DNA of 64,000 bases, taken from positions 3,232,001 through 3,296,000 of the forward strand of contig OY970223.1 in assembly GCA_963714015.1 (NCBI GenBank). The letters run 5' to 3'. Of this stretch, positions 51,687-62,447 are shown piece after piece (the first letter of the stretch is position 1; the number at the start of each line of letters is the position of its first letter). The position numbers and the translations under genes are program-made. The notes under the pieces are model-generated. The model was not told where the DNA came from. It made no database searches and saw only the letters and a program-made list of their open reading frames with translations. Origin of the DNA: Vulcanimicrobiota bacterium (lineage in GTDB: Bacteria; Vulcanimicrobiota; Vulcanimicrobiia; Vulcanimicrobiales; Vulcanimicrobiaceae).

Positions 51687-51787
51687 GCCGCGCCGCTTCG
51701 AGGAGAATGGGCGAACCCTTGCCAAGAGCCCTCGTCGGCGCCGTCAAAATCGTCCAAGGGCCGGCGAGGCGAATTGTGGAGGGAAGT

Positions 51788-52726
51788 ATGCTTCGGTTGT
51801 GCGCGCTTGTTTTAGCGGCGATCTTGCTTGGCGCCGGCGCTGCGCAAGAATCTTTTCCCGTGGTCAACGTCATGCCGGCGTTCTGGCAAGCCTGGGACTC
51901 GACGCAAGGACAACCGGTTCAAGAGCGCGTCGCCAAGTTCAAGGCGCTGGTCATCCGCCCGAACATGGAGGTGTACGGATTCGACGAGTTTGCAAACATC
52001 GTCAGCAACGATAATCGCCTGGCGCGATACTTGGACCTGCTGGAACCGCACATTAGCCAAATGCGCCAAATAAGCCAAAATCTTCCCGATCAGATCGACG
52101 ACGCGGAAGCATCCTTCGCAAAACAGCTGCCCGACTTCGATTCGAGCCGGATCAAAGTGTATTTCATGCCGTCCTTTGGGATATTCAATGGTCAGACGCA
52201 CGATATCGGGCAAAAGGTCGGCGTTCTTTTCGGAGTCGACGAAATTGCAGCGAACGGCGGCCAAGAAAACATCGGCGTCGACGTTGCGCACGAGTTGTTT
52301 CACGTTTATCAATACGAAGCCCATCCGGGCGTGCGCAGCGATCAGGCGCGGCTATGGCAAGCGGTGTGGATTGAAGGGTCGGCAGCATGGGCGAGTCAGC
52401 AGCTCACGCCGGGCGCGACGGAAGCGCAGGCGTTAGGCGACGTTTTTACTCAGACGAATCCGGACGAGCGTAAGCAGCTCGCTTGCGATCTGCTCGACGA
52501 TTGGGATTCGCACAACCCAAGCATAATGGCGACCTACTTGCAAGCAGGCGTCGGCGAACGTTCCTTGCCGGCACGCGGCGGCTATCTTATCGGATACCTG
52601 GTCGCGCACCAACTGGCGAACGATAATCCATACAGCATCAGTCAAATCGGCAAGCTTCCATTCGACCGAGTCGAGCCGCGCATGCATGACGACGTGCGGA
52701 AAATCTGCGCCGGCAAACCAGTTTAA
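51788..52726 (+). CDS. Secreted zincin protease (DUF2268-like)
   Basis: AHELFH, EGSA and GY.IGY motifs. Confidence 0.8.
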   Translation: MLRLCALVLAAILLGAGAAQESFPVVNVMPAFWQAWDSTQGQPVQERVAKFKALVIRPNMEVYGFDEFANIVSNDNRLARYLDLLEPHISQMRQISQNLPDQIDDAEASFAKQLPDFDSSRIKVYFMPSFGIFNGQTHDIGQKVGVLFGVDEIAANGGQENIGVDVAHELFHVYQYEAHPGVRSDQARLWQAVWIEGSAAWASQQLTPGATEAQALGDVFTQTNPDERKQLACDLLDDWDSHNPSIMATYLQAGVGERSLPARGGYLIGYLVAHQLANDNPYSISQIGKLPFDRVEPRMHDDVRKICAGKPV

Positions 52727-53511
52727 TCCAGGGGGTTCGAATCGTCGCGAACTCCGGCGGCGCGCATCTCGAGACGGTGAAAGAACGTGCGGATGGGCGA
52801 AAGCTGTGGAGTGCAGCCCCATCCGTCGTACTTTCCGCCGTATTCAGCACCAATTTGCATTAATCTGCTGCGCACTGCGCCGAGTTCGTTCAACTCGATA
52901 GGCATAGTTCGCGTAACTTGTGCAGACGGAATTTCCGGGTAAATCGTCACTCGTCCGATGGCGGCCAACGCGTCGGCTGCATTGTTTGCATCTTCGGCTC
53001 GCTCGAAGTCGACGACAAAGTGCACTTCGCGGGGACGCTTTGGATTGTCGCCCAACTTCCCTAGTTGATAAAGCAGTTTAGAATCGGCGGAGAAGCCAAG
53101 CTGCTCTTCAGAGGGCAACATGGTGTCGTATTCTGACCAATTGGAGTGAACATTCCCTCCGATCTTCAGGTTCAGACCCGTCGCTTTGCCCAGCTTCTCT
53201 AGTTCGACGCTGATGCGCGCGCCCTCCGGAAGATAGGCCGCATAGGAGGCCGTAACGGCATCGACGCCCGTAAGTACTAGTGCGCCGCCGTGTTTAGCCG
53301 CTAGCTTTGAAAAATCGTCCTCAAACGGATACAGCGAACGGCTGAAGGCACTTTTCGAAGGAAAACCGCGAGCATCGACGTCAAAACCTTTAAGCCACGC
53401 GATGACCAGCTCTGGAAGATTAGCGCGTTCGTTTGAGTTCTGATATGCAAGGTCGATTTTTATGGCAATGGGGCGGCCATCACATCGCGCGATATAATTG
53501 ATCCAGTTCAA
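52723..53511 (-). CDS. DUF695 / RraB-domain protein
   Basis: W..Y N-terminus, G.P, W..Y..LP, GD...PR.V.F and GG.YDGWG motifs. Confidence 0.75.
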   Translation of the reverse strand: MNWINYIARCDGRPIAIKIDLAYQNSNERANLPELVIAWLKGFDVDARGFPSKSAFSRSLYPFEDDFSKLAAKHGGALVLTGVDAVTASYAAYLPEGARISVELEKLGKATGLNLKIGGNVHSNWSEYDTMLPSEEQLGFSADSKLLYQLGKLGDNPKRPREVHFVVDFERAEDANNAADALAAIGRVTIYPEIPSAQVTRTMPIELNELGAVRSRLMQIGAEYGGKYDGWGCTPQLSPIRTFFHRLEMRAAGVRDDSNPLD

Positions 53512-54656
53512 CGACGTATTGCCTTCTGCATGCGGTCGACGGCCTCTTGAATGATTGCCGTGGACGTCGCAAAATTGAAGCGAGCAAAACCGGCGCCTTC
53601 CCGTCCGAAAAGCGGCCCCGGATGCAACGCCACTTTTCCGCGTCGAAGAAACTCACGCGCGGGATCGTCGCCCAGACCGAGCTCGCGGCAGTCGAGCCAT
53701 GCGAGAAATCCCGCTTCGGGCGGCGCGTACTTTATGGCCTGAAGTCCGGCCGCATCTAGAATCTGCCGTAACGCCCAGCGTTGACGATCGAGATGCCGGA
53801 TCACCCGATCGAGGAACGGAATTCCCTCGCTGAAAGCGGCGACGGTCGCCATCACGCCCAAATGTCCGCTGCGTTCGGTCATCGCTTTCGGTAATGCGTC
53901 GAGCGTGGCGCGTCCCCAATCGTCGCAGGCGACCGCCGCCGCGCACTTCAAACCCGCAATGTTCCAGCCTTTCGAGGCTGAGGTCAGCGTTATCGAATTC
54001 ACGCCGAATTCCGGAGCGACCGCCGCAAACGGAACGAATGTGGTTCCAGGAAGCGTAAGGGGCGCATGGATTTCGTCGCTGAGGACAATCGTTCCATATT
54101 TCCGCGCGAGTTCGGCAATGCGTTCGAGTTCGTTGCCGCCGTAGACCCGACCGACCGGATTGTGCGGATTACAAAGCAGAAAGACACTCGCGCCTTGCGC
54201 CATGGCGCGCTCGAGCGCGTCAAAGTCGAGATCGTAGCGTCCGTCCTTCTCGCTCAGCGGCGCTTCGATGACGCTGCAGCCGACCTCGCGGATGGTGCTG
54301 AAGAACGGCGGGTACACGGGCGGATTGATGACGACCGTATCGCCGGGCTTGCATAAGACGCGAAGAATTTCCGCCACGCCGACCATCACCTCGGGGATGA
54401 CGTGCACGTCTCGCGCGTCCACCGTCAACCCGTAGCGCGCAGCGGCAAACGAAGCGTACGCTTTACCGAGATCGGACGTCAGCGCGTAACCGAGATCGCC
54501 CTCGTCGATTGCCGCGCGAAGACGCTCCGCCACGACTTCCGGAACCGGAAAATCCGTTTCAGCGACAAATACGGGCAAGACGTCGGCGGGGTAGTGACGC
54601 CATTTTTCGCTCGTCCGTCTGCGCAGCGAGTTGAGGTCGATTTCGGCATCCATCAT
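53508..54656 (-). CDS. MalY/PatB-like PLP aminotransferase (cystathionine beta-lyase family)
   Basis: SEKW, VAETDF, CNPHNP.G, SDEIH and SASKGWNIAG motifs. Confidence 0.9.
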   Translation of the reverse strand: MMDAEIDLNSLRRRTSEKWRHYPADVLPVFVAETDFPVPEVVAERLRAAIDEGDLGYALTSDLGKAYASFAAARYGLTVDARDVHVIPEVMVGVAEILRVLCKPGDTVVINPPVYPPFFSTIREVGCSVIEAPLSEKDGRYDLDFDALERAMAQGASVFLLCNPHNPVGRVYGGNELERIAELARKYGTIVLSDEIHAPLTLPGTTFVPFAAVAPEFGVNSITLTSASKGWNIAGLKCAAAVACDDWGRATLDALPKAMTERSGHLGVMATVAAFSEGIPFLDRVIRHLDRQRWALRQILDAAGLQAIKYAPPEAGFLAWLDCRELGLGDDPAREFLRRGKVALHPGPLFGREGAGFARFNFATSTAIIQEAVDRMQKAIRR

Positions 54657-56564
54657 TGCGCGAAGAAGTCGGTCAGCTCGTCCAGATGCGTCAGGCGCTT
54701 TGCCGGAGGAAGCGCTCCGAGGATCGTGGCGCCGTAGCGCGAGGATGCGGCGCGGCCGTCCAGCAGCGCGACAAGTCCGCGATCGCTTTTACTGCGGATA
54801 AGACGGCCGAAACCTTGCTTCAATCGCACAATCGCCGAAGGAATCATGTAATGGTCGAAGCCGCTCTGGCCGCGCGCTTCAATGGATTCCACGCGGGCCT
54901 GCACCAGCGGATCTGCCGGGGACGGGAACGGCAGGCGATCGATGATGACGCACGAGAGCTGCTCGCCCACAACGTCGATGCCTTCCCAAAACGTTCCGGT
55001 TGCAAAGAGCACGGCGTTTGGCGTCGTGCGGAACCATTCCAGCAAACGCGTGCGGGGCAATTCGCCCTGCAGCCGAATCGGAAACGGTATCCGCTCGCGC
55101 ACAAGCGCGTAGACTTCGCGTAGACGCGCGTACGAGGTGAACAGCACGAAGGCACGGCCGCGGCTGCGATCCAGGCACTCCTCGACCACGGGCGCGGCGC
55201 GATGGGCGAAATCGGCAGACTTTGGATTGAGCTGCGGCGGCGCAAGATATAAGCGGGCTTGAACCGGATAATTGAACGGCGAAGGCGCAATCGAGCTCTT
55301 GCGCCTCGGGCACGCCGAGCGAGCGTTTGAGAAAGTCGAATGCGCCGCCTGCAACTGTTTTTGCGTTTGCGATAGTCGCGCTCGTGAGCACGACACTGGG
55401 AGTGCGCGCAAAAAGCGCCGCTTGTAAGAAGTCCGCAACGTCGAAGGGTGCGCTGTTGACTTCGTAGCGCGAGTCGTTTTCACCGCGTTCGACCCAGGCG
55501 ATAGCCGTCTCGGCGGGCTGCTGGGCGCGTTCGATCGTTGCCTGATGCGCCAGTATCGATCGCATCGCCAAATCCCGGCGGCGCTCGGCCTCGGCGTCAT
55601 TCTGCGGACGCCGTTTCAGGCCATCGTGCCAGTTCGCGTAAAGCCAGTTCTCCAAACGGTAGAACGAACTACGCAGCGACTCCAAAGCAGGCGATGCGTC
55701 TTCGTTTGCGTGAAGCGGGTAACGGTCACCCGGCACGCGCGCCAGCGCCGACTCCAAGCCGCGCATCCCGGCCTCGAGTTCCGTGTCGAAGTTCCCCGGC
55801 AGATTGTAAGAACGGTGCAGTTTGCGCAGCATACGCCCAACTGTTGACCGCGAAAGTGTAGCGGTGAGTGCTGCGGTCGCCCAGCGTTCGCATTGATGCG
55901 CTTCGTCCAATATGGCGAAATCGTACGGCGGCAGCAATCCGCCGCCCATCGCCAAATCGAGAAAGAACAGCGCGTGATTGACCACGACGACGTCGGCGAA
56001 CTTTGCTTCGTCGCGCTTGCGGAAGAAAAAGCAGTCGCGAAAATGCTCGCAGAACTCGCCGACGCAATCGTCGGCATCGGCATCGAGCTGCTCCCATTCC
56101 TCGCCCGGCGGCGAGAACGGGAGTTCTGCACGGTCTCCGGTTTCCGTACGCGCACCCCACTCCCAGAGCTGCTGCATGGTGCGCGAGGAGGCCAGTAAAC
56201 GCTCGGACTGCAAACGCTGCAGCTTCTGCTTGCAGAGGTAGTGACTTCGCCCTTTGAGCAGCGTAACACGCGCATTGACGTTCAGCGCCCGAGTCACGAG
56301 CGGGATGTCTTTTAAGAAGAGCTGCTCCTGCAGCGCAATCGTACCGGTGGAGAGTACGACTTTTTTGCCGCTGCGCAGCGCCGGGACGAGGTACGCAAGG
56401 GATTTGCCGACGCCCGTTCCGGCTTCGACGATCGTATGCATTCCTTCGAGGAAGCCGCGCTCGATGAGCTGCGCCATCTGCACTTGACCGGGACGCGCCT
56501 CAAATCCGTCCAGCGCGCGTTCGATCGGCCCGCCGGCCGCAAAAACGTCGTCAATTGCGATCAT
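54653..56564 (-). CDS. DinG/YoaA-like Fe-S ATP-dependent DNA helicase (apparent frameshift at ~55293)
   Basis: EAGTGVGKS, KGRSHYLC, DEAH, SAT, FWEGIDV and QGFGRLIR motifs; frames joined beside AGCT 55294-55297. Confidence 0.92.
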
Positions 56565-57198
56565 CGGGCGTTTCGAGATGAGATTCGTATTGCGCGCCGC
56601 TCGACGGATCGTAGACTTGAGCGTAGACCGGCTTGGGCGGAAAGTACACGAGATACGTAGCAATGAATCCCGCAATCAACCCACCGACATGGGCTTGCCA
56701 CGAGATGCCCGGAACTTCGAAACTAAAGACGAGGTTGACGACCAATATCCCGATATTCGCGCGCACGAGCTCCATGCCGCGTTTGCCGAGTTTAAATCCG
56801 ATCGCGAAGAGCGCACCGAATAAGCCGAAGATCGCGCCGCTCGCTCCGAGCGTGGCCACGTCCGGCGGTGAAAAATACACGACGCAAAAACCGCTGATCA
56901 CCATCGCTATGACGTACACAAACAGCATTCGGCCGGCGCCCATCGCCATTTCGATGAATCTGCCGAGCATCAGCAGCGAGAACATATTCACGCCGATGTG
57001 CAGAATACTGCCGTGGAGAAACGCGCACGTGACGATGCGGTAGTACTGGTGCCCCTGCAGGACGTATACCGGAACCAGCAAGCCTTGATCGATTGCCGTC
57101 CCGTTCGGAATGTTGCCGGTAAAAACGCCCATGCCGCCCACGCGCATCTCCCATAAGAAGCCCAGGACGTTGAGCGCGATCAGAATTCGAGTGATCAC
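56551..57198 (-). CDS. Rhomboid intramembrane serine protease
   Basis: FLH..ILHI..N, GASG and AHVGG motifs; GTG start overlaps upstream stop. Confidence 0.92.
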   Translation of the reverse strand: MITRILIALNVLGFLWEMRVGGMGVFTGNIPNGTAIDQGLLVPVYVLQGHQYYRIVTCAFLHGSILHIGVNMFSLLMLGRFIEMAMGAGRMLFVYVIAMVISGFCVVYFSPPDVATLGASGAIFGLFGALFAIGFKLGKRGMELVRANIGILVVNLVFSFEVPGISWQAHVGGLIAGFIATYLVYFPPKPVYAQVYDPSSGAQYESHLETPDDRN

Positions 57199-57860
57199 TC
57201 GGTGACGAGGACCATGCGCGCGAGTTCGAGCGAGATGGCGTGACGCTGCTTCTCGACTTCCACCGTCATCGGACCGCCGAGCGGCGCTTTCGCATGCACG
57301 CGCACGGCGGCGCCCGGCCGCAAGCCGACGTCGCCGAGATAACGCAGCATCTCCGGGACTTCTTGCGTGACGCCTTGTACGACGGCGTCGCTCCCGATCT
57401 CCATCTGCGCGAGTGGAACGCCCGAGCGCCCGGGATCGCTGAGATCTTTGGGCGGAATCGGCAGGCCGTGGGGACATTCTTTGGGATCCCCCAGAACGTT
57501 AATCAAGCGCCCCTCTACGTTCTCGGAGATCGCATGCTCGAGCATGCACGCTTCTTGCTGAACTTCATCCCACGGCATGCCCAAAATCTGCGTCAGAAAA
57601 CACTCTGCAAGACGGTGCCTGCGAACCACGCGCACGCCGACCTCCAAACCTTTTTTGGTGAGCTTGACTTCCCCGCGCGCGACCTGTTCGAGATATCCGT
57701 CGGCGGCCAGCTTCTTCAACATCCCTGAGACCGATGCGGGCGCCACACCCAGTTCCGAAGCGAGGCCCGACGTGGAAACGCCTGGACCTTCCCGCTCTAG
57801 GCGATAGACGGCCTCGAGATACTCCTCCGTGGACTCGGCAAAATGGCTGTGGCCCGACAT
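57195..57860 (-). CDS. DtxR/MntR family metal-dependent regulator with FeoA domain
   Basis: EEYLEAVY, RRHRLAE.FL, LEHAIS and CPHG.PIP motifs. Confidence 0.92.
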   Translation of the reverse strand: MSGHSHFAESTEEYLEAVYRLEREGPGVSTSGLASELGVAPASVSGMLKKLAADGYLEQVARGEVKLTKKGLEVGVRVVRRHRLAECFLTQILGMPWDEVQQEACMLEHAISENVEGRLINVLGDPKECPHGLPIPPKDLSDPGRSGVPLAQMEIGSDAVVQGVTQEVPEMLRYLGDVGLRPGAAVRVHAKAPLGGPMTVEVEKQRHAISLELARMVLVTE

Positions 57861-57865
57861 GCTCC

Positions 57866-58927
57866 CTAGGACGTTCGACGTCGGCCCTGCGGTTCCAAGC
57901 CGGCGGCATCGATTGCCGCGTGCAATGCCGTTTTGCGCTCTTGCGGCGCAAAACCGGCATCGACGGCGTTGTGCGCAAATCGCAGCACGGCACCGCGGCC
58001 GGCGTGTTCTTCTACGTAAGCGTATTCACGCGTGATGCTCGTGCGGAAAAGGGCCGGATCGTCCGCGTCGATCACAATAGTGCACCCCGCGCGATCCAAC
58101 GCAACGAAGGGGTGCGGCCGGTCCCGAGAGGCGGCGCCGGTCAGGAAGTTCGAGGTTGGGCAGATCTCGAGGGGAATGCCCGAAGTGGACAGCAACTCAA
58201 CGACTTGCGGATCTTCCAATGCACGCACACCATGTCCGACGCGCTCAGCTCCAAGAATCTCGATTGCTGCGCGAACGCTCTGCGCTCCCGCAGCTTCTCC
58301 TGCATGCGCAACGCAGTGCAGCCCGTGCTTTCGCGCAAGTTCGAAGGGTTCCGCAAAAAGCTCGGCCGGGAAACGGGCTTCGTCGCCGCCCAAGCCGATG
58401 CCGATAACGCCCAGGCCTTGAAGATCAACTGCCAGCCGCGACGTGCGCATCGCGCTTTCCAAACCGAAATTCCGAGTAAGATCCGCGATGAACCGGACTT
58501 CGATCTGATTGCGATACGATTCGAAATGCTCGCGCATAGCCGCGATGCACGCAGCGACATCGATCGCCGGGTGAAAGAACCGCCAGACCGACGGCGAGAT
58601 GAACAATTCTGCGTAGTGCACGCTGTTTTCGAGTGCGTCCTCGACGTACTCGGCGGCAAGGCGGCCGTAGTCCTCAGGGTTGGCAAGCGAGCGGCTCACT
58701 GCCGCAAAGGTCATAAGGAACGCTCGAAAGTCGGAAAAGTCGTACACTGTTGCGGGATCCACCTCGTCGAGAGAGGCAGCAGGCAATGCCTCATCGCCCG
58801 GCGCGTAGGTCAGCGCAACCCCATGCCGGCGTGCCAGGTCCAGGAAGGTGTTCGGCCGCAGCGTCCCCTCCAGATGACAATGCAGCTGGACTTTGGGAAG
58901 GCGGCGCAGGAATTCATCGGTCGTCAT
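57866..58927 (-). CDS. add: Adenosine deaminase
   Basis: LHCHLEG, HAGE, R.GHG, CPTSN and DDP motifs. Confidence 0.92.
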   Translation of the reverse strand: MTTDEFLRRLPKVQLHCHLEGTLRPNTFLDLARRHGVALTYAPGDEALPAASLDEVDPATVYDFSDFRAFLMTFAAVSRSLANPEDYGRLAAEYVEDALENSVHYAELFISPSVWRFFHPAIDVAACIAAMREHFESYRNQIEVRFIADLTRNFGLESAMRTSRLAVDLQGLGVIGIGLGGDEARFPAELFAEPFELARKHGLHCVAHAGEAAGAQSVRAAIEILGAERVGHGVRALEDPQVVELLSTSGIPLEICPTSNFLTGAASRDRPHPFVALDRAGCTIVIDADDPALFRTSITREYAYVEEHAGRGAVLRFAHNAVDAGFAPQERKTALHAAIDAAGLEPQGRRRTS

Positions 58928-58948
58928 CACGTATAACACGATTCGCGC

Positions 58949-59022
<74 letters not shown>

Positions 59023-59028
59023 CGACTC

Positions 59029-59064
59029 AATCCCCTTGTGGCCATTCACGAGGGGATTTTATTT
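59029..59064 (+). terminator. Intrinsic terminator after tRNA-fMet
   Basis: AATCCCCTTGTG-gccatt-CACGAGGGGATT followed by a T-rich tract. Confidence 0.75.
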
Positions 59065-59258
59065 AGAAAACCCTTGTCTCGAATGGGCCGGCCGCTATAC
59101 ATCGCGTTGTGGGCAGCCGCCTTCGCCTGCCGCGCACTCACCGCATGGTTTCCCGTCGCCGCGACGGCCATGGCTCGGTTTAGCGCGTGCTCACGCTCGC
59201 TCTTCTGGCCTGAGTGTTCGGAAGCGTAACGATGATCAGGCTTACGTGAGCACGGCTT

Positions 59259-59849
59259 TTACACATCCCAATAGCACTTGCGTGGCGCTACACCCATGAA
59301 ATTGTCGTTATGCCAGGGCGTCGGAACACGCTCCCGCGCGTATGCGGCGCGCGTGAAGTGCCCGATACAGCTGAAGTCTACATCTCCCGCCACAACCGCC
59401 ATGAGATGGCCCGTCGGTAAAGGCCCATCCTTATTCACGTAGGGCGCATAGGATAGGTTTGAACTGCCCAAGACCCAATACGATGTGCATATTGGAGCAT
59501 TATTTTGACAAGGCCCCTGCTGAAGTTCTTGATAGTAGAGCAGTAGCACACCCTCGTACTTCGTATACATCAACATCCGCCGCTTGACGGACAAACTCGC
59601 TTTAGCAACGCTCTTTACAACTCGCGCTTCTGCGGGAGACAGATGAACGCACTGGGTACGGTCGAAATTCGACGAATGACATGACGGCTCAGGCGGACCT
59701 TGAACGCAACGAGCGCGGTCGTAGTTCAAAGACGGGCATGACTGCTCAGGTAAGCCTTGAACGGCGTTCGATGGTTTTGGCATGCTCTGACCAACCGTAA
59801 TGACGGCGGTCAGCGCTAGAAGCGAAAATGCCGCAACGAAAAACTTCAT
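59259..59849 (-). CDS. Secreted Cys-rich hypothetical protein
   Basis: Signal peptide, 8 Cys, internal duplicated QG.PE.SC.S.N.DR..CV unit. Confidence 0.6.
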   Translation of the reverse strand: MKFFVAAFSLLALTAVITVGQSMPKPSNAVQGLPEQSCPSLNYDRARCVQGPPEPSCHSSNFDRTQCVHLSPAEARVVKSVAKASLSVKRRMLMYTKYEGVLLLYYQELQQGPCQNNAPICTSYWVLGSSNLSYAPYVNKDGPLPTGHLMAVVAGDVDFSCIGHFTRAAYARERVPTPWHNDNFMGVAPRKCYWDV

Positions 59850-60289
59850 GCGCTGGAATTGTTCAAACGGTGCCCGTTGTTACCTTCGATAACGGAGTAC
59901 ACTCGCCGCGGGAGGGTATGCCGCGCACGACGTGTAGAAATCAGACACGGCAGAAAATTCTCCCCCGGAGCGGAACCAGAGTGACGAGAGCGATGGGGTA
60001 ATTGCGAGTGCCGCTAGAACATCTATGCTGCCAAATTGCGGTATTCGTATGCTGTGCATATGCGGTGTCGTTTACGCATACCACTCGCAAGGGTGACTCG
60101 CCCTCGTATCTGGCGGGACTGCGCTCTTATCTGATCGGCACGTGCAGATCGCATTCCGTGCCGACGGCACCGGGCAATGGGCAGGCCAACTCATATAGGT
60201 TCACACTTCCAACTTTTTGATGGAGGCCGATTAATTGCAACTGGCCGCCTTACGGGAGGCCCTTTTGACCACGAGATGGTGCTTCAGCG

Positions 60290-60440
60290 CGGTGCTCGGA
60301 GTGGGATGGAACGACGCGGCGGCAGACGTCGAGCACGGCGCCCGCAGAAGAGAAGCCTCCCAAGTCGGCACGTACGTTATGTCGGCAACCCAGAGCTGGT
60401 CCGGAGCGGCGCAGTCGACTGTTGCAGCCAGGAAACGCAA
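60290..60440 (-). pseudogene. IS3-family transposase (rve) fragment
   Basis: APDQLWVADITYVPTWE is the IS3/IS150 integrase-core signature; the rest is degraded. Confidence 0.8.
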
Positions 60441-60507
60441 TCGCACCTATCGAGTATGCAACATTTGAGGCCATTCGCATCTCTTTCTGTTAGGATGGAG
60501 CCTTTCG

Positions 60508-61071
60508 TTGAATACTAGTCCGGCAATTGGGCCAGAGCTTATCGAACGCGCGTTAGCGGGTGGCAATGCCGACGTCGACCGTTTGATAGCAGCGGTTTGG
60601 CCGCACGCGTACCGGATTGCCTATGCAGTTCTGCGCGAGCGCAGTCTCGCTGAAGACGCCGCACAAGAATCGTGCGCAATTCTGATTGAGAAAATCGCGA
60701 CTTTGCGCAAGGCCGCATCGTTCGACGCCTGGTTTTACCGCATCGTTTACCGCGAAGCGCTCCGCCTTCACGGCCGGCACAACTCTCAGCTGAGGGGGCA
60801 CGCATTGGAGACTAACGCCGATGGTCCGGAGCGATCGCTCATGCGTATGGACGTATCCTACGCGCTCTCACAGCTGACGCCGGTTCAGCGCACGGCCATC
60901 GCGCTGAATGTCTATGCCGGCATGACCACTGCAGAAATTAGTCACATTCTCGGGCTGCCGCATTCGACAGTACGATCGCATATATTCCGAGGCAAGCAGA
61001 AGCTGGAAGAGATCCTGCGCGGCTACGGACCGACGACCCGCGCGATGAGGGAGGCTATTGCCGGTGCTTAA
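60508..61071 (+). CDS. ECF RNA polymerase sigma factor
   Basis: AEDAAQE...FDAWFYRI; EIS.ILG...STVRSHIFRG. Confidence 0.88.
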   Translation: MNTSPAIGPELIERALAGGNADVDRLIAAVWPHAYRIAYAVLRERSLAEDAAQESCAILIEKIATLRKAASFDAWFYRIVYREALRLHGRHNSQLRGHALETNADGPERSLMRMDVSYALSQLTPVQRTAIALNVYAGMTTAEISHILGLPHSTVRSHIFRGKQKLEEILRGYGPTTRAMREAIAGA

Positions 61072-61432
61072 TGACATCGACTCGCGACTGCGGGAAGGAC
61101 TGGTTGTTCCTGTGCCGCGGCCTGAAATCTCCGCGATTCGACGCCGCGCCGACCGCCGCGCGTTTGAACGGTTGGCGCTGCGGCGATTGGCGACCCGCAT
61201 GTGTTGCGCGATCGCGATCGTAGCGTTTTCCGGCGGCGGATATGCGCACTTCATTCGACCGCGAACAAGCGTTGCACCAATCGCTGCCTCATCGGTGGCA
61301 TTCGCGCCGCCTCACACTGCGCCGCCGATTCTTGCAGGTCTGCAAGCAGTCACTATCCCCTCGGCATCCGGGACAAAAATCTCGCCCGCGCTCTTGACGC
61401 TTCCCGCGGCGTTGAATAGGAGCTTGCCATGA
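61058..61432 (+). CDS. Single-TM protein, probable anti-sigma factor
   Basis: Overlaps the sigma gene; basic cytoplasmic part, TM, Pro-rich tail. Confidence 0.55.
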   Translation: MPVLNDIDSRLREGLVVPVPRPEISAIRRRADRRAFERLALRRLATRMCCAIAIVAFSGGGYAHFIRPRTSVAPIAASSVAFAPPHTAPPILAGLQAVTIPSASGTKISPALLTLPAALNRSLP

Positions 61433-62325
61433 CGGTTCGGCGCTCCACTACGGTTTGCGCGATTCTCGCCGCAGCGCTCGCCTCATGCGGGGGCGCCGCT
61501 GACCCGGTCATCGCAACCGTCAACGGGCAAAGCATTACGCGCGCGCAGCTCGACCGCCGGATTGAATCGACCCCTGCTGCCCGTGGCGCCGCGCAACAAA
61601 TCGTCTTGAACGATCTTCTTGAACAGTACGCCGCCTCTCATCGCATTTTCGTCACTCCGAGTGACATCGAGAGCTGGAAGATCGCTACAAAGCGCAATAT
61701 TCCGGCGATCAATGGAATGAGATGCTGAAAGGCCGGGGCTTGACGGAAGCCGACGTGCGCGAATCGTTGCGCGAACAAGTCATTGTCGACAAGGCACTGA
61801 GTTCGAAGATCGCTCCGATTTCGCCAAAGCAAGTATCCGCCTACTTTGCCGCAAACCGCGCGCAATTCGATCGTCCCGCCGAGGTGCGGTCCCGTCACAT
61901 TCTCGTGCCCGACCTCCAGACCGCACGCAGTGTCTTGGCACAGACTGAAGGGCGGCGCCGATTTCGCGGCGCTCGCCAAAAAGTATTCGACTGACCCGGG
62001 CAGCCGCGATAAGGGCGGCGAGCTGGGATGGTTTCGCAAGGGCGGCCTCACCGCCGCATTTGAAGCCTACGCGTTTGCGGCGCCAATCGGAAAAACTAGT
62101 CCACCAATTCGCTCGCCGTTCGGCTACCACATCATTCAAGTGGAAGAACGCAAACCCGCACGGCGCGCCACCCTTGCGGAAGTGCGAGCGCAAATCGTGC
62201 AGGCACTACGCGAGCAGAGTGAAGGACCGTTAGCGCAGCCGTTTCTCGCGAGCCTGCAGCGTAGCGCAAAAATTGAAGTCAGTGACGCGCGCTTCGCCGA
62301 TCTGTTCTCGGCGACTTCGCGTTGA
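61429..62325 (+). CDS. PrsA/PpiC-type peptidyl-prolyl isomerase lipoprotein (two compensating apparent frameshifts)
   Basis: Lipobox LASC, IATVNG..I, RHILV, F..LAKKYS.D..S...GGELG and GYHII motifs; frame breaks at AGCT 61672 and AGACT 61942. Confidence 0.88.
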
Positions 62326-62447
62326 TTGTCATCCGGCGCGCCATGGGCAAAGCTGTGGATAACTAACGTGTAAACGAGGACGCCGGTAAATCTCCATAGA
62401 AGGCCTTTGCGCCGGGATTGCTGCATACGTGTGGAGATTCGACGAGG

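Noticed and set aside
48442..56564. acs and the DinG-like helicase (and other split genes) as pseudogenes or programmed frameshifts
   Set aside because: Both halves are fully conserved, there are no slippery heptamers, and all breaks map to AGCT, so they are best explained as sequencing artefacts.
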